The translations under genes and the position numbers were made by a program. From a virus (lineage: Duplodnaviria; Caudoviricetes), in IMG/VR virus record IMGVR_UViG_3300021426_000073, positions 48,064-112,063 of that record: 64,000 bases of DNA; one strand, given 5' to 3'. Shown here in pieces: positions 42,568-51,763 of this stretch. Position 1 is the stretch's first letter; each line of letters starts with the position of its first letter. Under the pieces are notes generated by a model, which saw only the letters and a list, made by a program, of their open reading frames with translations, was not told where the DNA came from and did not search any database.

Positions 42568-42972
42568 TTAGAAAGGGAGTCCATCATCATTAACGACATC
42601 AGGAATGTCTAAGAAATTATTATCCTGAGTGTTCTGTGATGGAGCTGATGCTTCAGCATTACTATCCTTTGTACCACAGAAATTGATTTCGTTTACAATT
42701 ACATCAGTTGTATACTGTGTAGTGCCATCGTCTTTTTTGTAAGAACCAGTCTGGATTCTACCGCTTACAAGTATTTCAGAACCTTTCTTAAAATACTTTT
42801 CGATAAGTTCAGCTGATTTGCCAAAAGAAACACAATTGATAAAGTCCGCCTCGTCTCTCTTAAAACGATTTACTGCAATTCTAAATCTTGCTACTACTTT
42901 CTGATCCTGAGTATATCTAACATCAGGGTCTGAACATAATCTTCCTTGTAAAACTACTGAATTTAAACTCAT
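42568..42972 (-). CDS. ssb: Single-stranded DNA-binding protein
   Basis: LNSVVLQGRL..DP, ADFINCV.FG, GRIQT, acidic DDGLPF tail. Confidence 0.95.
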   Translation of the reverse strand: MSLNSVVLQGRLCSDPDVRYTQDQKVVARFRIAVNRFKRDEADFINCVSFGKSAELIEKYFKKGSEILVSGRIQTGSYKKDDGTTQYTTDVIVNEINFCGTKDSNAEASAPSQNTQDNNFLDIPDVVNDDGLPF

Positions 42973-42993
42973 TTTTTAAATCTCCTTATTTAT

Positions 42994-43587
42994 TTATTTA
43001 TTTTCAAAACACTCTTTTACGAAATCCCATACTAGAGGTTCGTTAATAGGAATGTCTACGAATCTACGTTTGTCATCTTTAAGATGAACTCCTTTTAAAA
43101 ATTTCCATTCTACATCGTAGCATTGTCTGTATGCTATTCTGTATAGGTTTAATTGGTATCCTAGATATTCTTTATCTAGTGTTGAAACACATTTAATATC
43201 TCCACCACCAATTTCATTATTCATTTGTAATACTAAATCTAATCTTCCAGCTGCGATTGGCTTATCTTCCATGAATAGTATTACAGGAACTTCATTTTCT
43301 AATACTTCAAATCCGTATTGCTTTTGTAGAAACTTGAAGTTTTGAAGTTCTTTTAAATTGCTTTCTTTACCTTGAGTACAATACTCTTCAATAGCAAGAT
43401 GGGTAGCAGTACCTCTTTCGCTTGCTTTCTTTAAAACATCTTTATTAACAAAATCATACTTATTACCAAACTTCTTTTTTAGTAATGTAGTTATGCTAGG
43501 AAGTATCTCTCCATCTACAAGATAGAGATGTTCATCATCATAGTATTCAACAGTATGATTTTTTATTTTCCATACTTCAATTTCCAT
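42994..43587 (-). CDS. PD-(D/E)xK exonuclease
   Basis: PSITTLL, RGTATH, E, AGRLD, DIK, QLNLY. Confidence 0.8.
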   Translation of the reverse strand: MEIEVWKIKNHTVEYYDDEHLYLVDGEILPSITTLLKKKFGNKYDFVNKDVLKKASERGTATHLAIEEYCTQGKESNLKELQNFKFLQKQYGFEVLENEVPVILFMEDKPIAAGRLDLVLQMNNEIGGGDIKCVSTLDKEYLGYQLNLYRIAYRQCYDVEWKFLKGVHLKDDKRRFVDIPINEPLVWDFVKECFENK

Positions 43588-44320
43588 ATTTCTCCTTTAA
43601 CTTTCTTGATAAAATTTTACCGTTTAAAATTTCGTCAGCTATTCTATCACTATAATCAAGTATAAATTTATAAGGATTTAATTTGATTTCTCTATAAATA
43701 TATTCTGGTATATCAATTACTATTTGCATTGCATATCCTCACTTTCTAACAGTTTAATACGTGCATAAATATCACAATATGTTTCATCGTAGTAATCATC
43801 TACTTTTTCAATGAACCAAGGCTTTCCCACTACTTCGTTGAAATAGTAACTCCAATTACCACCACCTATTCTGGAGTGGATATATAGTATATCTTCACGA
43901 CCTACATACTTATTCCACATATCATATTGTGTTTTAATACGTTTCTTATAGTTGTGAATAGCAAGTTTTAGTCTCTTTCTTTTCCATCCGTGTATTCTTT
44001 CCCATCTTACTCTTACAGGTTCATTATCTTTATATTCTATGAAAAATTGCTTAAGATACTCTGTGTAATTATTGTACGTCCAGTAATATGGTTTATTTGA
44101 CCAAAATGGTACTGCTGTACATAACGCCTCAACGCACTCTATATCAGCACCATCAAATAGGTCGGTATAATCAACCTCTTTTTCATCTTTCATAAGTCTG
44201 TACCCACGCAAACGTGGAACTTCTATGTCGTTAGCTTTTGCTATTCTTTCAATATCTTCTATCTGTGCATAGGCTCCTAAATCCATTTCTTTATTCCTCA
44301 CTTTCTATCTTTATAACGAT

Positions 44321-44503
44321 TTAATATTCATACAATGAGATTACTTCTTCTACTACATAATCGTTTTCATCATATATCTCTTGTTCATAACAGCCTAATA
44401 TTTCATCTTGTTCTGCTACTCCACATCTACCGTGCGAATACAACATCACTCGTTGCTTTTCATCATACTTTTTCAATTCTTTAATAAGTTCTCCTACTGT
44501 CAT
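44321..44503 (-). CDS. Hypothetical protein, paralog of 20802-20984
   Basis: Near-identical protein and DNA sequence. Confidence 0.75.
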   Translation of the reverse strand: MTVGELIKELKKYDEKQRVMLYSHGRCGVAEQDEILGCYEQEIYDENDYVVEEVISLYEY

Positions 44504-44880
44504 TTAACCACTCCTTTTTCCAATATTTACACCTATATCCGTGTAACTTTGGTTTATTCATATAATTTTCACTGTTGAATAACAACCGTTTACCCATTTT
44601 ACATTTGTAGATATATTTTGTATTAAATGCAATTCTGCACCAAAAACAGTTGCTACAATTTTTCATTTAATCACTCTCCTTCTTCTACTGCCTCTATGTT
44701 TATTGTTATATTCAAATGATGATATTGTTTTTTTATCAACTCCTCAAATATAGCGTGTTCCACTAGCCTATGTATTTTAACAAAAAATTCGTCTTTTTCT
44801 GCCTCATTAGTAATCTTAAAATTTTCAAACTCTTTTGCCGTCATCTTAATCACTCTCCTTATTTGCTTCTATGATTCGTT

Positions 44881-45090
44881 TCATACTCTTGTATTCCAAT
44901 ATTCAATTGTTCTCTCCATCGCTTCATCAATATCAACATCTTTACATACATTCTTAAATCCTTTAAGTCCACAGTCAGCACACTGAATTTGTACACTATA
45001 CAAAACATCTATTTTAGGAAATGGCATATAAATTCTTTTAGAACCGCACATAGGACACGGTTTTGCTATGTTCGTTAAATCTCTTGTCAT
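44881..45090 (-). CDS. Lar-like (restriction alleviation) Zn-finger protein
   Basis: KPCPMCGS...CADCG...IEYWNTR. Confidence 0.65.
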   Translation of the reverse strand: MTRDLTNIAKPCPMCGSKRIYMPFPKIDVLYSVQIQCADCGLKGFKNVCKDVDIDEAMERTIEYWNTRV

Positions 45091-45362
45091 TCTTCAACCT
45101 CCTTGATTTCAAATCCTTGGTACATTGCATTTGATAATGCGTTGACAAATTGTTCATCTTCTGCCTGTTCATAACCTAGATGTGCCAATATTCCGTGGAG
45201 CATTTCGTGTATTATAGTTTCTTTTTTGATTTCATCATTCATATTTTTATTTATTTTGATTTCTGCTTTTGTATAATCAATTTGACCGCAATGCGTATCC
45301 ATATCAAATCTATCTTCACACTCAATTACCTTATGTGAAATACCACAAATATTTACTATCAT
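45087..45362 (-). CDS. Small HExxH metallopeptidase-like protein
   Basis: G.IDY....I.IN...ETIIHEMLHG...E. Confidence 0.7.
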   Translation of the reverse strand: MIVNICGISHKVIECEDRFDMDTHCGQIDYTKAEIKINKNMNDEIKKETIIHEMLHGILAHLGYEQAEDEQFVNALSNAMYQGFEIKEVEE

Positions 45363-46395
45363 TCTTCTATCTCCTTTAAATGTTCTTCTATAATATCCAA
45401 AGCACTTTCTAAACCATCCTTAAAACCGCTTAAATAAATATCACAAGCACTTTTATCATAACTTTCAGTATAGTTTTTTATAATACGTCTACTTGATATT
45501 TCTTTTTTTACTTCATTCCAAGCCTCAAGGCTTTTAATTGCCATGTTGTAAGCTTCAACGTACTTTCCACAAGGTATAGAATATTTTTTTAATTCTTTTA
45601 TCGCTTGTTCTACTGTCATTTATTTTTTTCTCCTTTTTTTAGTTAATTCACATTCAATATAGAAACATAACCACTCTAATGATGTAGTGATAATCCGATG
45701 ATTATTATCCCATCTCTGTTCGTCATCTAGCCATGCTACTTGATCTGGCACAACGCAGATTGTAGGGATTAAATACCAAGAACTTTTTTCTGCTCCGATA
45801 GCTATTTTAAACGCACCTATTTTTAAATATTTTCTCATTCATTTTTCTCCTCAATATAATATGCAATCTCCATTATTTCTTGTCATCTTTGATTTTTTTG
45901 ATATGTCATAATCCCAACATCTCCGCTTTAATTTTTGCGTATTTGTCTTGTGCTATTTTTTCTGCATGTTTATTATCTCTTGCAACAACGTAAAATACCC
46001 AAAATTTATATTTTTCTTTATTTTTATAATCAGAATATTCTTCGCATTTATACTCACTATTTATGCAACTACGTTGCGTTTCTTTATTGTTAACTCTAAC
46101 CTCATGCACTACGAATTGATTGCAATAATAATCGTTTTCATTTTCAGAATAATCTACTACATAGAATTTTTTACCAGCCGCAATTATATTTTTAATCTGT
46201 TCATCTAAATTATCGCAATTCAACTCTGTATCAAATACTTCTATATAATCCGCATTGAAATGTTTTTTTAAAGTATTAGCATCTTTTAAACTCTCAGCAA
46301 CTCCAACGATGTAATAATCGCTATATTCACCTTTTGTTACTACGTACACTTTCATTTTATTCCTCCTATTTAATATAAAATACAAAATATAAAAT

Positions 46396-46520
46396 AACTG
46401 TGGGTGGGGATTCGAACCCCACAATCCTTTTACCAGAAGGTAAGCCGTCTCAAACCATATAGGGATGGTGGTTAACCAATTACATTAAACGTCCACGTTT
46501 ACCAGTTCCGTCACCACAGT
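46396..46520 (-). ncRNA. Expanded tRNA-like RNA (Leu/Ser-type body, about 40-nt anticodon-loop insert)
   Basis: Acceptor ACTGTGG/CCACAGT, D arm TGACGGAACTGGTAAACGT, T arm GTGGGG-TTCGAAT-CCCCAC. Confidence 0.7.
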
Positions 46521-46526
46521 AATTGT

Positions 46527-46832
46527 TTATTTTACCTTTATTCTGATACTTGGTTTTACTGTCGACATTGATACATACTGATCATAAAGATTAGGATAAT
46601 CTTCTTTTAATTTTTTGTTATCAAATTTCTCTTTATCAAATGAGTCAACATAACTAATTGCTAACTCTTCAGTTTCAATCTTTACTAGTCCTTTTGATTT
46701 CATTTCTTCAAGGATTGCAGCTTTAAGTTCATCTTCTTGTTTCTTTAATTCTTTTATTTGTGATTCAAAATCTGCAATCTGACATGATGTAACTTTGTTT
46801 AACTGACCATCTTGTGTAATTAAATTTTCCAT
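46527..46832 (-). CDS. Hypothetical coiled-coil protein of recombination module
   Basis: RBS; FD.KKLK..YP.LY..Y motif. Confidence 0.65.
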   Translation of the reverse strand: MENLITQDGQLNKVTSCQIADFESQIKELKKQEDELKAAILEEMKSKGLVKIETEELAISYVDSFDKEKFDNKKLKEDYPNLYDQYVSMSTVKPSIRIKVK

Positions 46833-46843
46833 ATTATTCTCCT

Positions 46844-47107
46844 TTAATTATCTAAATATCTTACACCAAAACCACCTTTAACTTTTACGATACTATTAAT
46901 ATCTACAAGGTGATAAGCTCTATCTTCTTCATTGAACATCTGTAATTCTACAATTCGTTTTCCACTATCCATATCAAATGGGGTTAATTGTTTAGAAAAT
47001 AGTTTCATCTTAACTAACAAAACTTTCCCGAACGCAAAATCCTGATTCTTATCTGTTTTAATTTTTTGTAATCTATCTACGAATATTCCGCTTCTTAATT
47101 TATTCAT
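46844..47107 (-). CDS. Hypothetical protein
   Basis: AAGGAG RBS. Confidence 0.55.
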   Translation of the reverse strand: MNKLRSGIFVDRLQKIKTDKNQDFAFGKVLLVKMKLFSKQLTPFDMDSGKRIVELQMFNEEDRAYHLVDINSIVKVKGGFGVRYLDN

Positions 47108-47162
47108 TATTTCTCCTTTTAAAGTAGGTGGACTAACAATGAGTCAGCCCACCTTGATAGTA

Positions 47163-47741
47163 TTATTTCTTTAATTTACCGATTAACTCTGATGCTTTAG
47201 TCATAGGTAAATCCTGAATTTTTTCAATGTTGTTTGCCTTAAGTAACTTTGTTAGATTATCATCTTTGTATACTCCAAGAAGAATTTCAATCTGCTTTGG
47301 AGTTGCTTTTTTATCTGAGTCAATATTTTTTGAAACTTTATTTTCTACATTTTGATTAGCGATAGCGTTTACAACTTCTTCTGCTGAAGCTATAGAAGTA
47401 TCAATTCCGAATCCAGCCATTCCTAATGCACGACCAACTGCTGATGTTTCACAGTTTTCAATATAAGATGTTTTATTTATGAATGTTGAATTTTCTTTTT
47501 CATAAGCAGTTCCTGTGCCTAATACAATCTGATTGCCATCATCATAATATCCTACTAATGACTTAAATATACACACTCCGTTATCATTGCTTGTCATTTC
47601 ATTAAGGATAAACCCATTAGGATAAACCATTCTAAATGCTTTAATTCTCTGATTAACTTCGGCGTAATCTTTTCCTTTAATGTCTGTAGTTTTAATTGTT
47701 TCATTTGCTTTTAAAATTTGCTCATAAGTAATTTCTTTCAT
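47163..47741 (-). CDS. Single-strand annealing protein (Rad52/Sak-like)
   Basis: IKGKDYAEVNQRI..FR; ENCETSAVGRAL; context with SSB and exonuclease. Confidence 0.65.
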   Translation of the reverse strand: MKEITYEQILKANETIKTTDIKGKDYAEVNQRIKAFRMVYPNGFILNEMTSNDNGVCIFKSLVGYYDDGNQIVLGTGTAYEKENSTFINKTSYIENCETSAVGRALGMAGFGIDTSIASAEEVVNAIANQNVENKVSKNIDSDKKATPKQIEILLGVYKDDNLTKLLKANNIEKIQDLPMTKASELIGKLKK

Positions 47742-47809
47742 TGTTTAATCTCCTTTTTATTATATTATGAATTATGTCTAGTCAAATTTAAAATAAATAG
47801 GGATTATAA

Positions 47810-48217
47810 TTAATCCCCATTTATAATAAATTCGTATAAACTTAATAAGTCTTCGTTAGGAATTTTATTTACTATTTCCGAAAATGTAATCTTAGGATAA
47901 TCAAAAATTTCTATTTCTGTATTAAGAAGATTTGCAGTTTCTTCTAAATAATTTTTAAAATTTTCATCAGATTCTTTCAAAACATAAGAACCATCTTCTT
48001 GTTCATTTCCATACTTTTTAACGAGTTCATCTCTTAATTTGTTTATATTATCTTTATGTGGTTCCAAGTTATGAAGAAGTGTTAAAAGTTTATATTTAAG
48101 ACTAACATTTGTTATACTTTTGTTATCAATAAGTTTAGAAATAGTATCAAACTTCCTGATTATATCTTTCGCTTTTAATATCATAACTTCCCCTTTCGTA
48201 TGTTTTAATTTTAACAT
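47810..48217 (-). CDS. Hypothetical protein (DUF1617-like)
   Basis: R.ELVKKYG...; LLNTEIEI pattern. Confidence 0.5.
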   Translation of the reverse strand: MLKLKHTKGEVMILKAKDIIRKFDTISKLIDNKSITNVSLKYKLLTLLHNLEPHKDNINKLRDELVKKYGNEQEDGSYVLKESDENFKNYLEETANLLNTEIEIFDYPKITFSEIVNKIPNEDLLSLYEFIINGD

Positions 48218-48253
48218 CGCAAAGGCTTATTGTCAATATGAATTTTGTAAAGT
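48208..48253 (-). promoter_or_regulatory. Sigma-A promoter with motif variant 2 bp upstream of -35
   Basis: TTGACA (48236-48231), 17 bp, TAAAAT preceded by TG; ACTTTACAAAATTCA at 48253-48239. Confidence 0.7.
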
Positions 48254-48259
48254 TTAAGA

Positions 48260-48496
48260 TTAAAGAATTAACTCTATATGCAAGTAGTCATTAAATAATA
48301 AATATCCAAATTCGCTTTTAACCACCTCGCAATTTGCTGGGATATATACAGTATTATAATCATCACTAATCTCAATTTCATCATAACCTGAAACATCAAA
48401 ATCCCTTAACGATAAATCGCATACTGTAAAATCGCTTGCAGTAATATTCACCCCTATTTCCCTGACTTCGTTTAATGCTTTAATTAAACTTTCCAT
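48260..48496 (-). CDS. Hypothetical acidic protein
   Basis: AGGAGG RBS. Confidence 0.6.
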   Translation of the reverse strand: MESLIKALNEVREIGVNITASDFTVCDLSLRDFDVSGYDEIEISDDYNTVYIPANCEVVKSEFGYLLFNDYLHIELIL

Positions 48497-48559
48497 GTAA
48501 AAAACCTCCTGAATTTAATTTAAAAACACACCCTTACACATTGCAAGAGTGTGTTTAAC

Positions 48560-49471
48560 TTATTCGTCAAATTGATTTTCGTAACGCAATATAAATTTTT
48601 CAGCCGAATACATTATTCCATATATATCCTCTATTTCTTTTTTATGAGTTAATATTGTGTTTTTAATAGTGGCAGTATCTTTATATTTCTTTTTGTCTTG
48701 TTTATATAAACGCTTAATCATATCTATCATACCACTATCTCTTAACGCTTTAGGCATATATGCTTCTGACTGATTCATAGTGCTTCTTATTCTCATTGAT
48801 ATGTATTTGTATTTTGAAAGCAATGTTGTGTCTGGAAGATTTAATTCTCCATCTGATATTTTTGAATTGTATTGTGCTTTAAATATATATCCACTAGTAG
48901 GATTTTTGTATTGATAATCCCTTGCATCAGTAAAGCTATAATACTGAGTTGCTTCACAAGATTCAATTCCGTATTCAATCAACTCTTTACTTACTTTCCT
49001 TACTTCCCCAGATTGTAATGTAATGGTACAATCCTTCTCGTTAATATCTTCTCTTTTTATATAATGCATATCTCTATAATGGTTTCCCCTAATACCCTCA
49101 AATAATGCTAAACAAAAGAATTTGTCTGATGCATTAGGAAGACTTTGTATTTGAATAAGCAAATCTTTTCTAGAAATAATTCTAGTATCTAAATGAATTA
49201 TACATTGTTTTAAATCTTCAAATGTTATTGTTTTATATACATTTCTTATTTTATCATTCTTTTCATTTATCAGCCAATCAACGTATAGTCTTAACTGATT
49301 ATTAGTTGATCTCAAGAAATCAAGAGAAGGACTGTTCATTTCTTTATAATAAGATTTAACTTCTCTTTTATTCATTTTACTTGCTGATAATTTTCTCTTC
49401 TTTAAATCCTTAAATCTTTTTTCTAATAATGGTGAGTACTTTGTTTCTAAATATTCTTTGTATCTCTCCAT
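48560..49471 (-). CDS. MrpR/YopR-like repressor (degenerate tyrosine-recombinase fold)
   Basis: S...L...N..L..YVDW, L.N..DK....ALFEGIRG and L..SG motifs recalled as resembling SPbeta YopR; lacks HxxR/GH catalytic set. Confidence 0.6.
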   Translation of the reverse strand: MERYKEYLETKYSPLLEKRFKDLKKRKLSASKMNKREVKSYYKEMNSPSLDFLRSTNNQLRLYVDWLINEKNDKIRNVYKTITFEDLKQCIIHLDTRIISRKDLLIQIQSLPNASDKFFCLALFEGIRGNHYRDMHYIKREDINEKDCTITLQSGEVRKVSKELIEYGIESCEATQYYSFTDARDYQYKNPTSGYIFKAQYNSKISDGELNLPDTTLLSKYKYISMRIRSTMNQSEAYMPKALRDSGMIDMIKRLYKQDKKKYKDTATIKNTILTHKKEIEDIYGIMYSAEKFILRYENQFDE

Positions 49472-49499
49472 TGTTTCACCCCCTTTTCGAGATACAAGA

Positions 49500-49528
49500 A
49501 TTATACCATTATAAAGTCAAAATTACAA
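49500..49528 (-). promoter_or_regulatory. Dedicated promoter of MrpR-like gene (no 15-bp motif)
   Basis: TTGTAA, 17 bp, TATAAT preceded by TG. Confidence 0.65.
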
Positions 49529-50536
49529 TCTTAATTTTGCAGCCATAAGTTGAGCTGACTCAATTCTTTCTTTGTTTTCCGTTACAATATATCTTTGAGT
49601 AGTTGATACATCTGAGTGACCAACCATACGTCTAACTTTTTCAATATCACCAGTAGCCTCGTACATTTGAGAGCAAAAACCTGCTCTTATTTTATGAGGA
49701 CTTACTTTATATCCTAAAGCATCTTCACAATACTTTTCAACCAAATAAAATATTGTGTGTCCTGAACATCTATTTCCTTGTCTTGATATAAATAAAGCGT
49801 TTTCGTCTTTTATAGTTGGAAGAGTACTTCGCTTATCTAGCCATTTCTGAATTATATATATAACTTCATCAGACAAATAATATTCTTGAAATTTATTTCC
49901 TTTATCTATAACTTTCAATGTTTGGTTATCGAAATCAATATCATCAATATTGATTGTGGTTAATGCAGTTCTTCTCATTCCAGTAGTCATAAGCAACACC
50001 ATGATAGCCATATCTCTTTCTTTGATTTGTCTACTTTTTGCAATATAATCTCCAACTCCTGACTCTACAGAATTAAGTATCTTAACGAAATCTCTTTCAG
50101 TTAGTAATAATCTTTTACTATTGATTCTTGCAAGATCACGATTCTTTGGCTTATCAATATTTAACATATAATTTTCTTTGATGTATTCGTTTCTTTTTAA
50201 GTAGTCAAAGAAACTTCTTAATGCATACCATACAGATAACTGATAACTGTCAGACGTTTCTTTTATATTTCCTTTATTATCTGTTTTAGTTTGTATTCCT
50301 ATCATATATTTGTTTACATTTTGTCTAGTTATATTTTCTGGATTAATATTATTTACATCAGAATCTATACTCTCTAAAAAGTTAATTGCTTTATTTAAGT
50401 ATTCTCTGCAAGAAGTTATCTGCTTATTAGATGCTCTTAATCCATAATAGAAATCACATAAAAAGTCAGGATAGTTGTTTAATTTATCTTCTATTTCCTT
50501 AGCAATTTTATTGTTAAGACTAACTCTTCCGTTCAT
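49523..50536 (-). CDS. XerC-like tyrosine recombinase
   Basis: TGMRRTAL, DKGNK, PHKIR, VGHSD, TQRY: full R-K-H-R-H-Y set. Confidence 0.9.
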   Translation of the reverse strand: MNGRVSLNNKIAKEIEDKLNNYPDFLCDFYYGLRASNKQITSCREYLNKAINFLESIDSDVNNINPENITRQNVNKYMIGIQTKTDNKGNIKETSDSYQLSVWYALRSFFDYLKRNEYIKENYMLNIDKPKNRDLARINSKRLLLTERDFVKILNSVESGVGDYIAKSRQIKERDMAIMVLLMTTGMRRTALTTINIDDIDFDNQTLKVIDKGNKFQEYYLSDEVIYIIQKWLDKRSTLPTIKDENALFISRQGNRCSGHTIFYLVEKYCEDALGYKVSPHKIRAGFCSQMYEATGDIEKVRRMVGHSDVSTTQRYIVTENKERIESAQLMAAKLRL

Positions 50537-50548
50537 ATAATCACTCCT

Positions 50549-51682
50549 TTACATAGCATTAATTGTATCAATGTTTTGATATACAACTTTCTTTCCGTCA
50601 TTTACTTCTCTTGTAGTTCTTTCAATAAACTGTCTATAAATATCTATGTTAGATTCTAATCCTTTAGTATATGTTTCCTTTGTTTCGAGGAAGAAATAAT
50701 GAATTACAACTCCGTCATCGTAAACATTTACTCCATCTTTATTTGCTTCTTCAATATCAACGAGTGCTTTATCAATGGCTTTATATGCCTGAATAACACT
50801 CCTGTGAGCAAGGTATGTTTCGTTTACCTTACGATAATATTTTTTAGCAATTTCATTTATACTTTCGAAATCAAAATGAAAATAAGCTAAAGTAAAATCT
50901 AACCAAGCCTGATTTAATTCATCTCTATTTCCGATTGAACTCCAATCTTTTACAAAAGGTTTAATAAAATCTTGATATCTTCTTACATATAAATTAATTA
51001 AAGAAGTATCAAAATCAGCAACAAAACTATAATCATTTTCATACCAATATTCTTTATGCATATTTACTTTGGACATTCTAGGTTTGCATTCTCCTGTATA
51101 AATATCTACCCAAAATTCCATATCAATAAAATGTTTATGATTTACTTTAGGATGTTTAACTCCGTAGTTATAATAAGTAGCACCCTCTTCACAATGAATA
51201 CGATGACTAACCAATATACAAGTTCTGTCTTCCCATTCGAAGACTTGATATATTTCCTTGAGAGTTGTAATAGAATTGTGAGGATTATACGGATCGTAAT
51301 GACAAGCAGCAATTTTGCCATCTAACATATAACGTATATCGTCATTTATTTTCGCTATCATATAACTGTCTGCTCCGTTAAGTTTTGCTCTTTCAATATC
51401 ACTTAACTTTAACTCTTGCAATTTGAGTTCGTTTTCTAAAGTATAATTAACAACTGGCTTTTGTGTTTTCATATCTTTCAGAACAAGGCTTCCGTTTTTA
51501 TCATAAGAACGAATAACCTCATGGTCATTTGAATTAAGATAAACATTTCCTTTTAAATCTCTGTATACGAAATCACCATCTCGAATAGACTTTGCTTTGT
51601 CTTTAGCCATATCTACATTGTTGTATGCAAGACACATCAGATATATTACATACACAACTATGATACCAAAGATAATTTCCAT
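50549..51682 (-). CDS. Membrane-anchored hypothetical protein
   Basis: N-terminal hydrophobic helix IIFGIIVVYVIYLMCLAY; AAAGGAGTG RBS. Confidence 0.7.
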   Translation of the reverse strand: MEIIFGIIVVYVIYLMCLAYNNVDMAKDKAKSIRDGDFVYRDLKGNVYLNSNDHEVIRSYDKNGSLVLKDMKTQKPVVNYTLENELKLQELKLSDIERAKLNGADSYMIAKINDDIRYMLDGKIAACHYDPYNPHNSITTLKEIYQVFEWEDRTCILVSHRIHCEEGATYYNYGVKHPKVNHKHFIDMEFWVDIYTGECKPRMSKVNMHKEYWYENDYSFVADFDTSLINLYVRRYQDFIKPFVKDWSSIGNRDELNQAWLDFTLAYFHFDFESINEIAKKYYRKVNETYLAHRSVIQAYKAIDKALVDIEEANKDGVNVYDDGVVIHYFFLETKETYTKGLESNIDIYRQFIERTTREVNDGKKVVYQNIDTINAM

Positions 51683-51732
51683 ATCATCACTCCTTTCATT
51701 TTTTACTCTGTAACGTCTTTTTTACTACTTTC

Positions 51733-51763
51733 AATATAACTCTTTGTGTGAATTATGTCAAGC
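51733..51763 (-). promoter_or_regulatory. Sigma-A promoter with -35 inside 15-bp motif
   Basis: TTGACA (51761-51756), 17 bp, TATATT (51738-51733). Confidence 0.75.

Larger units (their letters stand above)
43720..46424 (-). other. Small hypothetical genes
   Basis: 43720-44301, 44481-44666, 44671-44853, 45359-45619, 45620-45838, 45906 to about 46355. Confidence 0.65.

Noticed and set aside
50549-51682. Arbitrium receptor AimR (similar size, near MrpR-like gene)
   Set aside because: It has an N-terminal membrane helix, no HTH/TPR pattern, and no adjacent AimP-like peptide gene.
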